From positions 128,001 through 192,000 of the IMG/VR virus record IMGVR_UViG_3300042013_000067: a stretch of DNA of 64,000 bases. One strand, 5' to 3'. This document shows, in pieces, positions 1 to 9,129 of the stretch (positions are counted from its first letter, which is position 1; each line of letters begins with the position of its first letter). Made by a program: the position numbers and the translations under genes. Below the pieces are notes generated by a model. It did not search any database, was not told the DNA's origin, and worked only from the letters and a program-made list of their open reading frames with translations. The DNA is from a virus (Duplodnaviria > Caudoviricetes).

Positions 1-481
1 TATCCAAGCCCTTAGACAAGTTAACCTGAATCTCCGGGTAAGACATCCGAGACCCTTTAGACACACCGGTAGCTTGACCGGTGAGTTGGTCAACCACATC
101 ATCGGATTCTGGAACCGACATCTTCGAATCACGGGTCTGTGCTTGACGACGGAATGCCACTTTACCCACCATGTATTTGGCGGGGGTCTTACGCAATACG
201 CCAGTGTCTTGGTCGGTAAGGTACAGGTGCTGGAACAATGGAAAACCCATCTCTTCCCCAACTTCGATATTGCGAGTCAGGTTAAGTTTGGTTTCCTGTA
301 GATTCGCATGGAACAGGGCTAGGATCTCTTCGCCGTTCGCCAAGCGTTCCATCCAGTCATCGAACTGTTCGTCACTGGTGCGTTCCAGCACCTCTTTATA
401 AATCTTGATGTTGTGGCCGTCCGGTAGAATCCGTTCGACAAAGTAGAGCAGTTCTTTTTCCGCGAGTTCACGCATGGACAT
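1..481 (-). CDS. rpoB: Virion RNA polymerase beta-like C-terminal subunit (phiKZ gp149-like), truncated by the window edge
   Basis: Translated by hand: MSMRELAEKELLYF...YMVGKVAFRRQAQTRDSKMSVPESDDVVDQLTGQATGVSKGSRMSYPEIQVNLSKGLD. The LTGQ..G.SKG.R.S.PE segment resembles the beta C-terminal region. GGGG RBS upstream; recalled synteny next to uvsX. Confidence 0.7.
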   Translation of the reverse strand, partial: MSMRELAEKELLYFVERILPDGHNIKIYKEVLERTSDEQFDDWMERLANGEEILALFHANLQETKLNLTRNIEVGEEMGFPLFQHLYLTDQDTGVLRKTPAKYMVGKVAFRRQAQTRDSKMSVPESDDVVDQLTGQATGVSKGSRMSYPEIQVNLSKGLD

Positions 482-545
482 GATAAGCCCCAGTAAAAAA
501 TGGATCAACATACTATTCCTTTTCCAGTTGAAGTTTGCATGAGAC

Positions 546-576
546 GGCATAAAGGAAGGCACCGCAGTACCTTCCT
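546..576 (-). terminator. Hairpin terminator with TTTATGCC tail
   Basis: Minus strand AGGAAGGTAC-TGCG-GTGCCTTCCT-TTATGCC. Confidence 0.7.
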
Positions 577-608
577 CTAAGAGGGGACTTGTGGCCACAG
601 AGAATCCA

Positions 609-965
609 TCAATGTGCTGCTGCAAGGCCAATACCGCGTTTAGCCAGTGTGGTCAAGTCCGTGTAATACGAACTAACACGCAGACTGGTGTTTTGCGGGA
701 AGCGGTTCAGCATGAGGAAGGGGAGGATGTTGACCAAGAAGGACTCTGCCCACACACTGAAGTCAGTCGTATCAACCAGTTGCACACGCATGTTAAACGT
801 GTCTACTGGGTATTGCGCCAGTACCTGGTGAAAGAATGCATTAAGCTCCCGGATTGAACGAACATCACGGGGGCAGCGGTGGTGAAAATCTTCGGCCAAC
901 TCTACGTCACGCGAACGGATCAGGTAGAAGGCTTGGGCGACCATGCTGGTCTTTGGACTTGCCAT
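609..965 (-). CDS. Hypothetical protein
   Basis: ORF in track. Start moved to MASPKT, which has a GAGG RBS. Followed by a terminator at 546-576. Confidence 0.65.
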   Translation of the reverse strand: MASPKTSMVAQAFYLIRSRDVELAEDFHHRCPRDVRSIRELNAFFHQVLAQYPVDTFNMRVQLVDTTDFSVWAESFLVNILPFLMLNRFPQNTSLRVSSYYTDLTTLAKRGIGLAAAH

Positions 966-1037
966 GGGGTATTTCCTCGGATAAATTGCAAACGGGTGCA
1001 TCGTGCCATGCTCAGTCCCTTTTGGTATTGATTATTA

Positions 1038-1391
1038 TTAGCCGATCTCGGCTATGTGCTTGACAGTCGTTATTCGGCCTAGGTAGTCCGCAAGTAAGTG
1101 CCGGTGACAGAACTTACCTCGCGGACAGTAACAACCTACAGCCACTTTTTCTATACGCAGCAGAGCGGCCCAGAACTCCGGGTTCACTCGACGGCTATAG
1201 TCCAGTATGCGATAGTACAGGCGGGTATATTTTTCCTCGGTGATTCTACCCTGCTTAATACCCATCACCATATCCCAAGTGGGGGCGAGTTGGCTGTAGC
1301 CACTCTTGACAGTGGTATCTAAAACAACGATATCACTGCCAAGAGCTTTCACTACACGCCACTTTGCAATCTGGTACGTGTAGAGTTCCAT
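1038..1391 (-). CDS. DUF488-like protein
   Basis: LAPTWDMV...GCYC...FCHRHLLADYL motif pattern; co-oriented directly after uvsX. Confidence 0.65.
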   Translation of the reverse strand: MELYTYQIAKWRVVKALGSDIVVLDTTVKSGYSQLAPTWDMVMGIKQGRITEEKYTRLYYRILDYSRRVNPEFWAALLRIEKVAVGCYCPRGKFCHRHLLADYLGRITTVKHIAEIG

Positions 1392-1394
1392 GCG

Positions 1395-2930
1395 TTAGGC
1401 CGCCAATGGTGTCGAGACAGGAAGGGCTTTCGCACCGGCTTGCAGACGGGCCACGTTGAACTTGAGCGCCGACGCTTTAAGGCGTTCGCGGTCTGCTTCA
1501 GGCAACCAGTATGGCACGTACAGGCCTTTACGCATACGCAGCAAGTCCATGGTGGAGAGGAACTGCTGCGGGTGCAGGTGTTCTTCTTCCCGGAAGACCC
1601 AGAAGCCACGTGTATTCAACAACACGCTCCAATCGTAGCCGATCGCTTTGAGATCGTCATACAATTCCTTAGGCGTGGTGAACACACCCTCAGCATCAGT
1701 GCGGTGGAACTGGATCAGCTGCAACATTTCAGACTGTATCTCAGTCGCCCGGCGCAGGGTTACGCTGTCGTTCAGCTTGGCCCGTACTGTGGTACGCGAC
1801 AGGTTAACGTCAGGCACGAGTGCAAGCTGGTAGTTAACGTTGTTGCCTTCGATACCGAAACCGTTTTCACGGCAGTAGTGGAACTCAGTGAGCGATGGCA
1901 GGTAGCCTTCGGTCTGAGACATGATCATCGGCATACCCATGCCGGTGATGCCACCCTTGCCACGCAGGTTCTGGATTTCTAACAGCTTGAGGTCGGCGTC
2001 GCCTTCCATGGCTGTACGGTTGTCCAGTGGGTACTGCGGCATCTTCTCTTTGTTCACGAGCGGTTTGTTGCTCATGATGTCCCACACGTTGTGCGGCATC
2101 GAGTAGAAGCCTGGACCGACACCTTTGATCACGGTGTCTTTCTTCATGTGGCTGAGGTTACGCTTGTCGGTTGGGTACATCTCCATGTTGATGATGTCGC
2201 CAACGTGCGCAGTCATGATGACGTACGAACCGGTTTGTGCAGCCATGGTTGGCATCTGGTTGAACAGCTGCGTCTTGGCCTTGCCGCTGGTCATGGCGTC
2301 AGTGTTGTTCTTGCTGTCGCCGACCTTGTTCTTGTCGTACATGTCCTGCACTTCTTTGATCTGGAACTTCGAGAAGCTGTCGATCAGCAGGCTAGTAGGC
2401 ATGTACGCTTGACGGTATTCACCGTCGCGGTCAATGAACGGTGTGGTGAAGATGTTCTTCTTCGGATCGCTGGTCTTCTTGTAGACTTCGTCACGGAACA
2501 GTTTCATCAGGATGTCGCCAGTGTAGCGCGACAAGTCGGTGAAGGTGAACTTATCGTCGTTGTCCCAATCGATCGCTGCCAGTTCAGCGAATGCCAAACT
2601 GATGGTTTGGAAACGGACGATAGGGGACAGCGTACCTTCGGTGTCGTAGATCAAACCGTAGGCGTTCTGGAACGCACGACGGATCATGGCTTGCATGAAG
2701 ATCGCGAGTGCGGTCTTGAAGTTGTTGGGTCGGGAAGCGATGCCGGTCAGCGGACCAACACCACCGTTCATAATGGACTCGCCGTGCTTGCCGAATTCAT
2801 AGTGACCTGTAGGAACGTCGTACATCCCACCCACGTTCAGTGAGGGGCGAAACAGGGGTTTCTCAATTACTTTGCCAAACATGCGGTGGTCCTTCGCTGG
2901 AATAAAGTCAAGCCAACATTCAATAAGCAC
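1395..2930 (-). CDS. uvsX: RecA/UvsX-like recombinase (phiKZ gp152-like)
   Basis: Variant Walker A GIASRPNNFKT, YDTEG, Walker B LLIDSFS, GKAKTQL, VIMTAHV, KNRG-like QNLRGKGG. Confidence 0.88.
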   Translation of the reverse strand: MLIECWLDFIPAKDHRMFGKVIEKPLFRPSLNVGGMYDVPTGHYEFGKHGESIMNGGVGPLTGIASRPNNFKTALAIFMQAMIRRAFQNAYGLIYDTEGTLSPIVRFQTISLAFAELAAIDWDNDDKFTFTDLSRYTGDILMKLFRDEVYKKTSDPKKNIFTTPFIDRDGEYRQAYMPTSLLIDSFSKFQIKEVQDMYDKNKVGDSKNNTDAMTSGKAKTQLFNQMPTMAAQTGSYVIMTAHVGDIINMEMYPTDKRNLSHMKKDTVIKGVGPGFYSMPHNVWDIMSNKPLVNKEKMPQYPLDNRTAMEGDADLKLLEIQNLRGKGGITGMGMPMIMSQTEGYLPSLTEFHYCRENGFGIEGNNVNYQLALVPDVNLSRTTVRAKLNDSVTLRRATEIQSEMLQLIQFHRTDAEGVFTTPKELYDDLKAIGYDWSVLLNTRGFWVFREEEHLHPQQFLSTMDLLRMRKGLYVPYWLPEADRERLKASALKFNVARLQAGAKALPVSTPLAA

Positions 2931-2960
2931 GAAGTGTAGAAAGTTCTTGACTCCATTGGA

Positions 2961-2993
2961 TTTGAGAACTATATTGTCTTTGTGAATTAGGAA
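2961..2993 (+). promoter_or_regulatory. Early promoter cassette, copy 1 (TTTGAGAACTATATTGTCTTTGTGAATTAGGAA)
   Basis: Identical over 33 nt to 20039-20071; its TATATT core resembles the phiKZ early motif TATATTAC. Confidence 0.8.
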
Positions 2994-3033
2994 ACTAAAT
3001 CATCTTACTAACCTTTCCTTCTAAGGAAAAACC

Positions 3034-3465
3034 ATGAACGCACGCTTGAAGTATCACGAGTACATGTTGCTTAACGACACCAACGTCGTAGAGCTTAACG
3101 ATAACCTCGATCAGTTGTGGGTTAAGGAGTCCCGTGTGATTCCCGCTGCAACGAAGACAGGTACGCGCAACATGTCCCACTGGCGCAAACACGACCTAGA
3201 CGATCTGGTGGGTGAAGCGCGGTTAGCTTATGATTTCATGCTCGCCGCTGAGTGCAGTGATGCAGCTCCTCTGGTGGAATACGAATTCCAACATGAAGAC
3301 GTATGTCATCGCCTGACCAAGTACTCGGCTCATCTGGTGTACCATGTCACCGCTCCTAAGCTGCAACTGGAACGCGTGGTGGTGGCCAAGGACGCTGATG
3401 CCTTGATCAACCACAGTTACGGCATTGGCGGTCTGTACTACCGACTGGTCACCGACCTGTCGTGA
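3034..3465 (+). CDS. Early hypothetical protein (paralog of 3522-3977)
   Basis: AAGGA RBS; follows an early promoter cassette; aligns by eye with the downstream ORF. Confidence 0.85.
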   Translation: MNARLKYHEYMLLNDTNVVELNDNLDQLWVKESRVIPAATKTGTRNMSHWRKHDLDDLVGEARLAYDFMLAAECSDAAPLVEYEFQHEDVCHRLTKYSAHLVYHVTAPKLQLERVVVAKDADALINHSYGIGGLYYRLVTDLS

Positions 3466-3469
3466 TTAG

Positions 3470-3489
3470 AGGGAGCCTTCGGGCTCCCT
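3470..3489 (+). terminator. UUCG hairpin between the paralogous genes
   Basis: AGGGAGCC-TTCG-GGCTCCCT with a short T tail. Confidence 0.6.
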
Positions 3490-3521
3490 GCTTTACCTAC
3501 CTTCCCTGTTAAGGAAAAGAA

Positions 3522-3977
3522 ATGGCTAAGATTAACCAGTACCAACAGTTCTTCCTGCTCGACAATACATACGTTGTCGAGTTGAACGACGATGCGGAAA
3601 TCCTCTGGGTGAAAGAGACCAAGGTGCTCGACGTGCCGCTTAAAGGTGGTAAGCGCACTGTCAGCAACTGGCGTAAACACGACGTCGAAGAAGTTGCTCT
3701 GCTGAGTGAGGGTGTGCGTGAGACGTACCGCATACTGCTATCGGCAGAGTGCGACACGATCGTGCCTGAAGCTGAGTATGAAGTGAAGTATAAGTTGTGG
3801 GGTGGTTACTACAACCATCGGTTGCAGAAGTACGCCAGTCACTGGGTGTATCATGCACAGGGTTCCATCAGCCATGGCGAACGTGTAGTGATCGCTAGGG
3901 ATGGTGAGACCTTGATCAACCACAGCAAGGGCATCGGGCAACTGTACCATGGTCTGATTGCAAGCCAGGCGGTATAG
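3522..3977 (+). CDS. Early hypothetical protein (paralog of 3034-3465)
   Basis: AAGGA RBS; shares VVELND..LWVKE, WRKHD, LL.AEC, L.KY..H.VYH, ERVV.A.D...LINHS.GIG.LY with the upstream ORF. Confidence 0.85.
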   Translation: MAKINQYQQFFLLDNTYVVELNDDAEILWVKETKVLDVPLKGGKRTVSNWRKHDVEEVALLSEGVRETYRILLSAECDTIVPEAEYEVKYKLWGGYYNHRLQKYASHWVYHAQGSISHGERVVIARDGETLINHSKGIGQLYHGLIASQAV

Positions 3978-3989
3978 TGTTAAGAGAAC

Positions 3990-4022
3990 GGGGGCCTTCG
4001 GGCTCCCTTTCTTTTTTCTTTT
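3990..4022 (+). terminator. Intrinsic terminator
   Basis: GGGGGCC-TTCG-GGCTCCC followed by a long T tract. Confidence 0.85.
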
Positions 4023-4065
4023 GGATCATTCTATGAACTGAGCCACCCCGCCAAGGTATATACCC

Positions 4066-4962
4066 ATGTCGCTACTGACTGAATACGCAAATCCACCGGT
4101 TGAAGACCTACCTGTGGTTGAAGAAGAACAACCTGAGGCCAATGGACTCAGCGACCTGCTCGAACTGTACGAAACCATCTCCCAAGAAGCGTTCACGGTC
4201 GGTGACCTGAACAGCTGGCTGCAGCGTAAAGCCTCGGTGATCTCTGCTGCCGTACGCGATCAGTTCCGTGTGCTGACCACCTGGAACTTCCGTAAACCGG
4301 AAATCATCAACATCCAGCCGTTGCAGCGGTCGCTGAGTACGTACCAGTACACCGATATCGCTGAACTCGAAATCTACGTGCCGGTGGGCTTCCAGCATCA
4401 ACTGCTGTGGTACGCAACGCTGCTGACGAACTTCTCCCAACCCCTCGCGACTGGCGCTCTGGCTGACGTGTTGTTCCCATCGCAGAAATGCTTTGCTTAC
4501 TACATCAACAACCTCAGTGAAGCCAACGAATCGCGTGAACTGATCTGCACCCCGAAAGTGACCGTGCAGGATCTGACCAAAGTGATCGAAGGCGAGGCCG
4601 AGTATTTCATTCAGGGTAACCACCGCACTACGGCGGCCTTGGGCGATGTGTTCGAGAACAAGCAAGCCATCTTGACCACGGCTGACTTGCTGAATAAGGT
4701 TAACCACAGCCTGTGGCAGCTCGTACCACCCCAGAAGGTACAGGAAGAGACCGCTAAACTGGTCAAGCTTTCCACCACGCTGCTGGGTCTGTTGGAAACC
4801 AACGAAGACAAAGTTAACCCAGTGTTCGTTAAGAGCCTGATGGGTCAACTGGTGGAAGTTGGCCGCTACATCGAGTGGTACGCCGGACTCATGACTCGCT
4901 TGGGTGACTTCACCTCGGCGATGAAGATGAACGAGAAGAACCTGCTCGACATCCAGAAGTAA
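4066..4962 (+). CDS. Putative virion (head) protein
   Basis: AAGG RBS, upstream TATG late-promoter-like site at about 4032, acidic N-terminus with a candidate S-X-E protease site (ISQE). Confidence 0.6.
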   Translation: MSLLTEYANPPVEDLPVVEEEQPEANGLSDLLELYETISQEAFTVGDLNSWLQRKASVISAAVRDQFRVLTTWNFRKPEIINIQPLQRSLSTYQYTDIAELEIYVPVGFQHQLLWYATLLTNFSQPLATGALADVLFPSQKCFAYYINNLSEANESRELICTPKVTVQDLTKVIEGEAEYFIQGNHRTTAALGDVFENKQAILTTADLLNKVNHSLWQLVPPQKVQEETAKLVKLSTTLLGLLETNEDKVNPVFVKSLMGQLVEVGRYIEWYAGLMTRLGDFTSAMKMNEKNLLDIQK

Positions 4963-4963
4963 C

Positions 4964-5003
4964 CGACATAGGCCCCTCCCGTGATGGGAGGGGCTTTATG
5001 CCG
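4964..5003. terminator. Terminator between convergent genes (near-identical twin at 58708-58747)
   Basis: GACATAGGCCCCTCCC-GTGAT-GGGAGGGGCTTTATGCCG. Confidence 0.85.
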
Positions 5004-7496
5004 TTAAGCTATCTTGACTGTACGGTTGTAGACAGGTGGTGTAGTGATGTTGGTGGGGTCCAATACAACCGCCTCAGCGTTAATGAATGCGCCGTGGGTT
5101 GCACTGAAGTGAGAGATGTAGATAATCTGCGATACCTGACCCATCTCGATTAGTTTCATCAAGAATGGAATCACGTTCTGACGATGCTGTTCATCGAACG
5201 AGCTGGCGAATTCATCCAAGAACAACGGATAATCTTCCAGCCCCAAGAACTTCATCAGAATCAAACGGAATGCAAAGTTCACCACATCCCGCTGCGACGT
5301 ACTACCCCGTGCGATATCAGGCGCCATCACAGCACCGTTACGCACGTTAATCGGGAAGTTGTAGTCGAGTTCGTCTTTGTCCACCTTAGAAGGCAACACC
5401 TCCATCGGGTAAGTCCAGATTTCCTCGATCACCGCGTTCAACAGTTTGACGATGTTCTGCATGAACCCCATCAGGTAACGACCAATCAACCCGTCAGTGG
5501 GTGACATGGCCTTAGCCAACAACTGCATGTCGGAATACCATTGCTGGGCTTCCTTGTGCTCACGCTCGATATCTTTGAGTGTATGCTCACGCAGTTCAAA
5601 GCGATGTAACGATGCCTGTAGGTCAGACAGCTTCAAACTGGTGTGCTTGATCTCTTCATCATAACCGAGTTTAACCAGATCGACGATTTGCTCATTGACT
5701 TGGCGCATGTAGTGGCTAAGCTCAGCCTCTAACAACTCAGTCGACCGACCATAGGCATCTACAGTACCGACCACCTGACGCAACCGCCGGGCTTCCTGCT
5801 GGTGGATCTGTTGTTGGTCAGCGATGTGGACAATCTTGTTCTCGACTTGTTCCTGACGACGTTTAATGTAGTCAGCCTGACTGCGATCCACGGTGTTGTA
5901 ACGTTCGAGCTTCTCGGCAATGACTTTAACCCGGTTGGCGGCCTCTGTCATCTCGATGTAGGCTGTTTGTGCCGTATGCCAAGCGATGATACTGTTTAGC
6001 TCTCTACGTGGCTCTACGAACATCACACGCCGTGCAATCGCATAATCCCACAACGGCTTATAAAGCTCGTATTGACGAACCAGTTGACGGAAGCGGTTGA
6101 TGAAGGTCAGATAGTCATCGTAAGCCTCGATGTAATCCTTGAGTGTTGTTTGCTCAGCCTCCAGTCCCTCAATGGTCGTACCCAGCTGCAAACAGTTGGC
6201 TTCAGCTAGCTTTACATCCTCTGGCGACTGACCCGGTACAAACTGATGGGTACAATCAGGGCAGATGACGTGCTCACAGCCTCTGAGCTGCGCTAGGCGA
6301 CGCGAGGCCGACGAATGCCGCTCACTCAGCGACTGGATGCGTGTCTTGTTCTCAGAGAAGCGTAGACGCGCATCTGTTCCTTTCTGGTGGTTGAAGTATT
6401 CGTCATGGTTAACTGGAAACTCAGTGACCAATGCCGTCCACGTCTGTACCATCTCATCCAGCATTGCTTTAGAATGCGGGAAGACCTCATGCAGCACCAA
6501 CGGCCATGGCCCCGTGTCGCCTAACGACACCTGACCCCGTTCACGGATACGTGCTTCAAGTACAGCGACCTCTTCGCGAAGTTCAGTGATTTGCTCGGGG
6601 GTACCGATGTCATCCACTGGTATCTTTTGCCGCTCGATATCGTCCAGTTCCTGGGCCAGCTCTTCGATCTGCTGCTTGGCACTGTGTGCGGTGTGGTCAG
6701 CAACGTGGATACGTCCTTCGATATCCGACTTGGACTTGACGCCATAGAGGTCAGGGGAGTTTGGTTGTGCCTCCAGATGCTGACGGGTACGGTTGCGTAG
6801 GTTATCCAGCCGTGAAGTGAAGTCAATCACATTACTGCGCTTAGCCGGCTCATTACCCCGAACACGGTAAAGCATTTGCAGGCGTGCTGTGAGTTCGTCG
6901 ATCTGTGTACGGTAGCCTTGCATCTCTGCATCACTAGGCAGGTCGATGTTTTCGTTGGCCATACGCTTGGCATTGTGGTTAACCACCCCACGGGCATCAC
7001 TGATAAAGCTTTTGATCGCACTGAACTTACTGAACGCAAAGGTCAGATCGATTGGTGACATCCGAGTCAACCACTCACGACGTTTGCTAGTCGCCATACC
7101 GCTAAAGGGCATAAGCCCAATCAACACCTCGTGAATATTGCGATCCATTTTCAGGATACGCATAACGAGTTCTTTCTGTACGGCGAACGTACCGCCGGGG
7201 TTTAGTTCCTCGGAGTCACGCATGAAACTGTGTTTGCCAGTGCCACGACCACTATAAGTAGAAACCAATGCATAGTAGCTGTTGTTGTGCGTACAGTGAA
7301 ACTCTTTAGAGCCACCCGGCTCGAACTGATCGTGGTGTGCAGGGCATGGTGTCATCTCTTCTAATACAGAGGACTTACCCGAACCGTTGCTACCCAATAA
7401 CAGAATGATGTTGCTAAGCGGAGTCCACTCAAAATGGCGGATGTTCGACAGCATCAAACGTTTGTAATTGATAAGGACCAGTTTGGTAATCTTCAT
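5004..7496 (-). CDS. sbcC: SbcC/Rad50-like SMC ATPase
   Basis: Walker A LLGSNGSGKSS, long coiled coil, zinc hook CPDC, variant signature GSTSQ, Walker B LFLDE, H-loop YISH. Start taken at MKITKL. Confidence 0.92.
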   Translation of the reverse strand: MKITKLVLINYKRLMLSNIRHFEWTPLSNIILLLGSNGSGKSSVLEEMTPCPAHHDQFEPGGSKEFHCTHNNSYYALVSTYSGRGTGKHSFMRDSEELNPGGTFAVQKELVMRILKMDRNIHEVLIGLMPFSGMATSKRREWLTRMSPIDLTFAFSKFSAIKSFISDARGVVNHNAKRMANENIDLPSDAEMQGYRTQIDELTARLQMLYRVRGNEPAKRSNVIDFTSRLDNLRNRTRQHLEAQPNSPDLYGVKSKSDIEGRIHVADHTAHSAKQQIEELAQELDDIERQKIPVDDIGTPEQITELREEVAVLEARIRERGQVSLGDTGPWPLVLHEVFPHSKAMLDEMVQTWTALVTEFPVNHDEYFNHQKGTDARLRFSENKTRIQSLSERHSSASRRLAQLRGCEHVICPDCTHQFVPGQSPEDVKLAEANCLQLGTTIEGLEAEQTTLKDYIEAYDDYLTFINRFRQLVRQYELYKPLWDYAIARRVMFVEPRRELNSIIAWHTAQTAYIEMTEAANRVKVIAEKLERYNTVDRSQADYIKRRQEQVENKIVHIADQQQIHQQEARRLRQVVGTVDAYGRSTELLEAELSHYMRQVNEQIVDLVKLGYDEEIKHTSLKLSDLQASLHRFELREHTLKDIEREHKEAQQWYSDMQLLAKAMSPTDGLIGRYLMGFMQNIVKLLNAVIEEIWTYPMEVLPSKVDKDELDYNFPINVRNGAVMAPDIARGSTSQRDVVNFAFRLILMKFLGLEDYPLFLDEFASSFDEQHRQNVIPFLMKLIEMGQVSQIIYISHFSATHGAFINAEAVVLDPTNITTPPVYNRTVKIA

Positions 7497-7561
7497 GGTC
7501 TTTTTGATCCAGCTCAATGGTTATATACAAGATAACACCTGCGTATTTTTAAGAGGTCGTC

Positions 7562-8371
7562 ATGGAGAGTGTGTTCAAGCTTTACAGTATCGGCTATGTG
7601 GGGGAGAACAAACCACGCACTGACCGGTTTGTAAACGTCCTCCCCGTAGAGGACGCTGGTGGTACCGATGGCGAAGTAACCTTCAACCCACAGAAGGAAA
7701 CCCTCAAGGGCACCGACAAAGACGGTAAGCAATACGACGTTACGTCCACCACCGACAGCACCATTAACTGTGAGTGGTTGCCTTCTGGGTCAAACCGCTT
7801 CACCCCACCGGACGTAGTGCGGGGTGAGCTGGTTGAGATCTTTCGTTTGGGCGATACCGATCAATACTACTGGCGCTGTATGGGCCTACGGGACAACCTA
7901 CGCACACTGGAGACGGTTATCTTTGCTTTCAGTGGTTCACCTACCGCGGGCACTGGACCACTCAACCTAGAGCGTTGCTACTTCTTTGAGCTCTCTACCC
8001 ATGAAGGTCTGGTGACGTTCTCGACGGCAATGGCTAACGGTGAGCCATTCCTGTTCACCACTCAGTACAACACCAAAGAAGGCACATTCCTATTAACCGA
8101 CGATATCGCTAATAGCTTCTTCTTGAACTGTAAAGAACGTTGGTGGAAGATGGCCAACGCTGACGGCAGCTTTATGGAGATCAACAAGAAGAAGATCATG
8201 ATGTCAGCGGATGAAGAGATCGTGTTCAAGTGTGGTGGCTCGACGCACACGATGAAACCTGCGGAGATCGCTATGAAATCCACACGGGTGTATGTCGATG
8301 GCGGCGGTACCACGTGGGAGCAGGTGGGTGCTGGTCTTACCGTCAGTGGTCCTAAATACACCTTCGCTTAA
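7562..8371 (+). CDS. Baseplate central spike / tail tip (phiKZ gp164-like)
   Basis: OB-fold-like N-terminus (CEWLP..SNR.TPPDV..GE.V) followed by beta-repeat C-terminus; directly upstream of a PAAR gene. Confidence 0.75.
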   Translation: MESVFKLYSIGYVGENKPRTDRFVNVLPVEDAGGTDGEVTFNPQKETLKGTDKDGKQYDVTSTTDSTINCEWLPSGSNRFTPPDVVRGELVEIFRLGDTDQYYWRCMGLRDNLRTLETVIFAFSGSPTAGTGPLNLERCYFFELSTHEGLVTFSTAMANGEPFLFTTQYNTKEGTFLLTDDIANSFFLNCKERWWKMANADGSFMEINKKKIMMSADEEIVFKCGGSTHTMKPAEIAMKSTRVYVDGGGTTWEQVGAGLTVSGPKYTFA

Positions 8372-8382
8372 AGGAGTTCGGT

Positions 8383-8649
8383 ATGCCCAACGTATCGCTC
8401 GTAGGAGAGTCCGAAGCCGGTGGGGTTATCTCTGGACCAGGTGCTGCCAAGTTCACCGTAGCAGGCCGGCCAGTGTCTCTGGTGGGGGATGACGTCAACA
8501 ACCACGGACCGGGGCTGCATGCTGGGCCTAAAATGGTCTCAGGTTCGGGTAAACTCACCGTCGGTGGTATTGCGGTGGTGATCCAAGGCAGTGCGGCCAG
8601 CTGTGGACATACGGCATCAGGTAACCCCAAGATGGCTGTAGGCAGTTAA
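8383..8649 (+). CDS. PAAR-repeat spike-tip protein
   Basis: TVAGRPVSLVGD...H..., SGSGKLTVGGIAVVIQGSAASCGH pattern; GGAG RBS. Confidence 0.9.
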   Translation: MPNVSLVGESEAGGVISGPGAAKFTVAGRPVSLVGDDVNNHGPGLHAGPKMVSGSGKLTVGGIAVVIQGSAASCGHTASGNPKMAVGS

Positions 8650-8689
8650 CGACATAACACCCGCCCCTTGTGAGGGCGGGTTTATGCCG
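8650..8689. terminator. Terminator between convergent genes
   Basis: ACCCGCCC-CTTGTGA-GGGCGGGT-TTATGCCG. Confidence 0.8.
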
Positions 8690-8697
8690 TGTTGGGC

Positions 8698-9129
8698 CTA
8701 GTGCTGGGATATCGGGCACTGCTCGTTAACGCAATACAACATGAGATGACTGATGTCCTTCTTAAGCACTTCATCATCGTCATACTTCAGCCAGCACGGA
8801 GTATGCTTGAGTACACGTGCAACGTAATACTCGAAGCGTTCCCCGTCGATCCGATGGATCGGCAGAATATGACTCCAAACATACGGGGCCACGAACACAG
8901 AGAACTGTAAGTGACCCACATGACGGGTTAAGCCGAAAGCTTCATTAACTTGCGTAAGACGGTCTTTGTCGTCTTCGTTACACTCCGCAAACCGCGCGTA
9001 GAGCGACGAGAGAAGACTCATCCGTCTGAAGTCAATCGGCGTTCGATTCCACAAAGCAATCCAGCCACGTTCCAGCAGGCCGGGCCGTTTGGTTTGAGTT
9101 TGTATTAGCATGTTGGTTGCCTTCGTCAT
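8698..9129 (-). CDS. Hypothetical protein
   Basis: ATGA overlap with the RNase H stop codon suggests translational coupling. Confidence 0.7.
   Translation of the reverse strand: MTKATNMLIQTQTKRPGLLERGWIALWNRTPIDFRRMSLLSSLYARFAECNEDDKDRLTQVNEAFGLTRHVGHLQFSVFVAPYVWSHILPIHRIDGERFEYYVARVLKHTPCWLKYDDDEVLKKDISHLMLYCVNEQCPISQH

Noticed and set aside
1395-2930. Non-canonical Walker A (RPNNFKT) as a sign of an inactive RecA
   Set aside because: I recall similar NxFKS/T variants in phiKZ-like UvsX proteins, so this is treated as a family trait.
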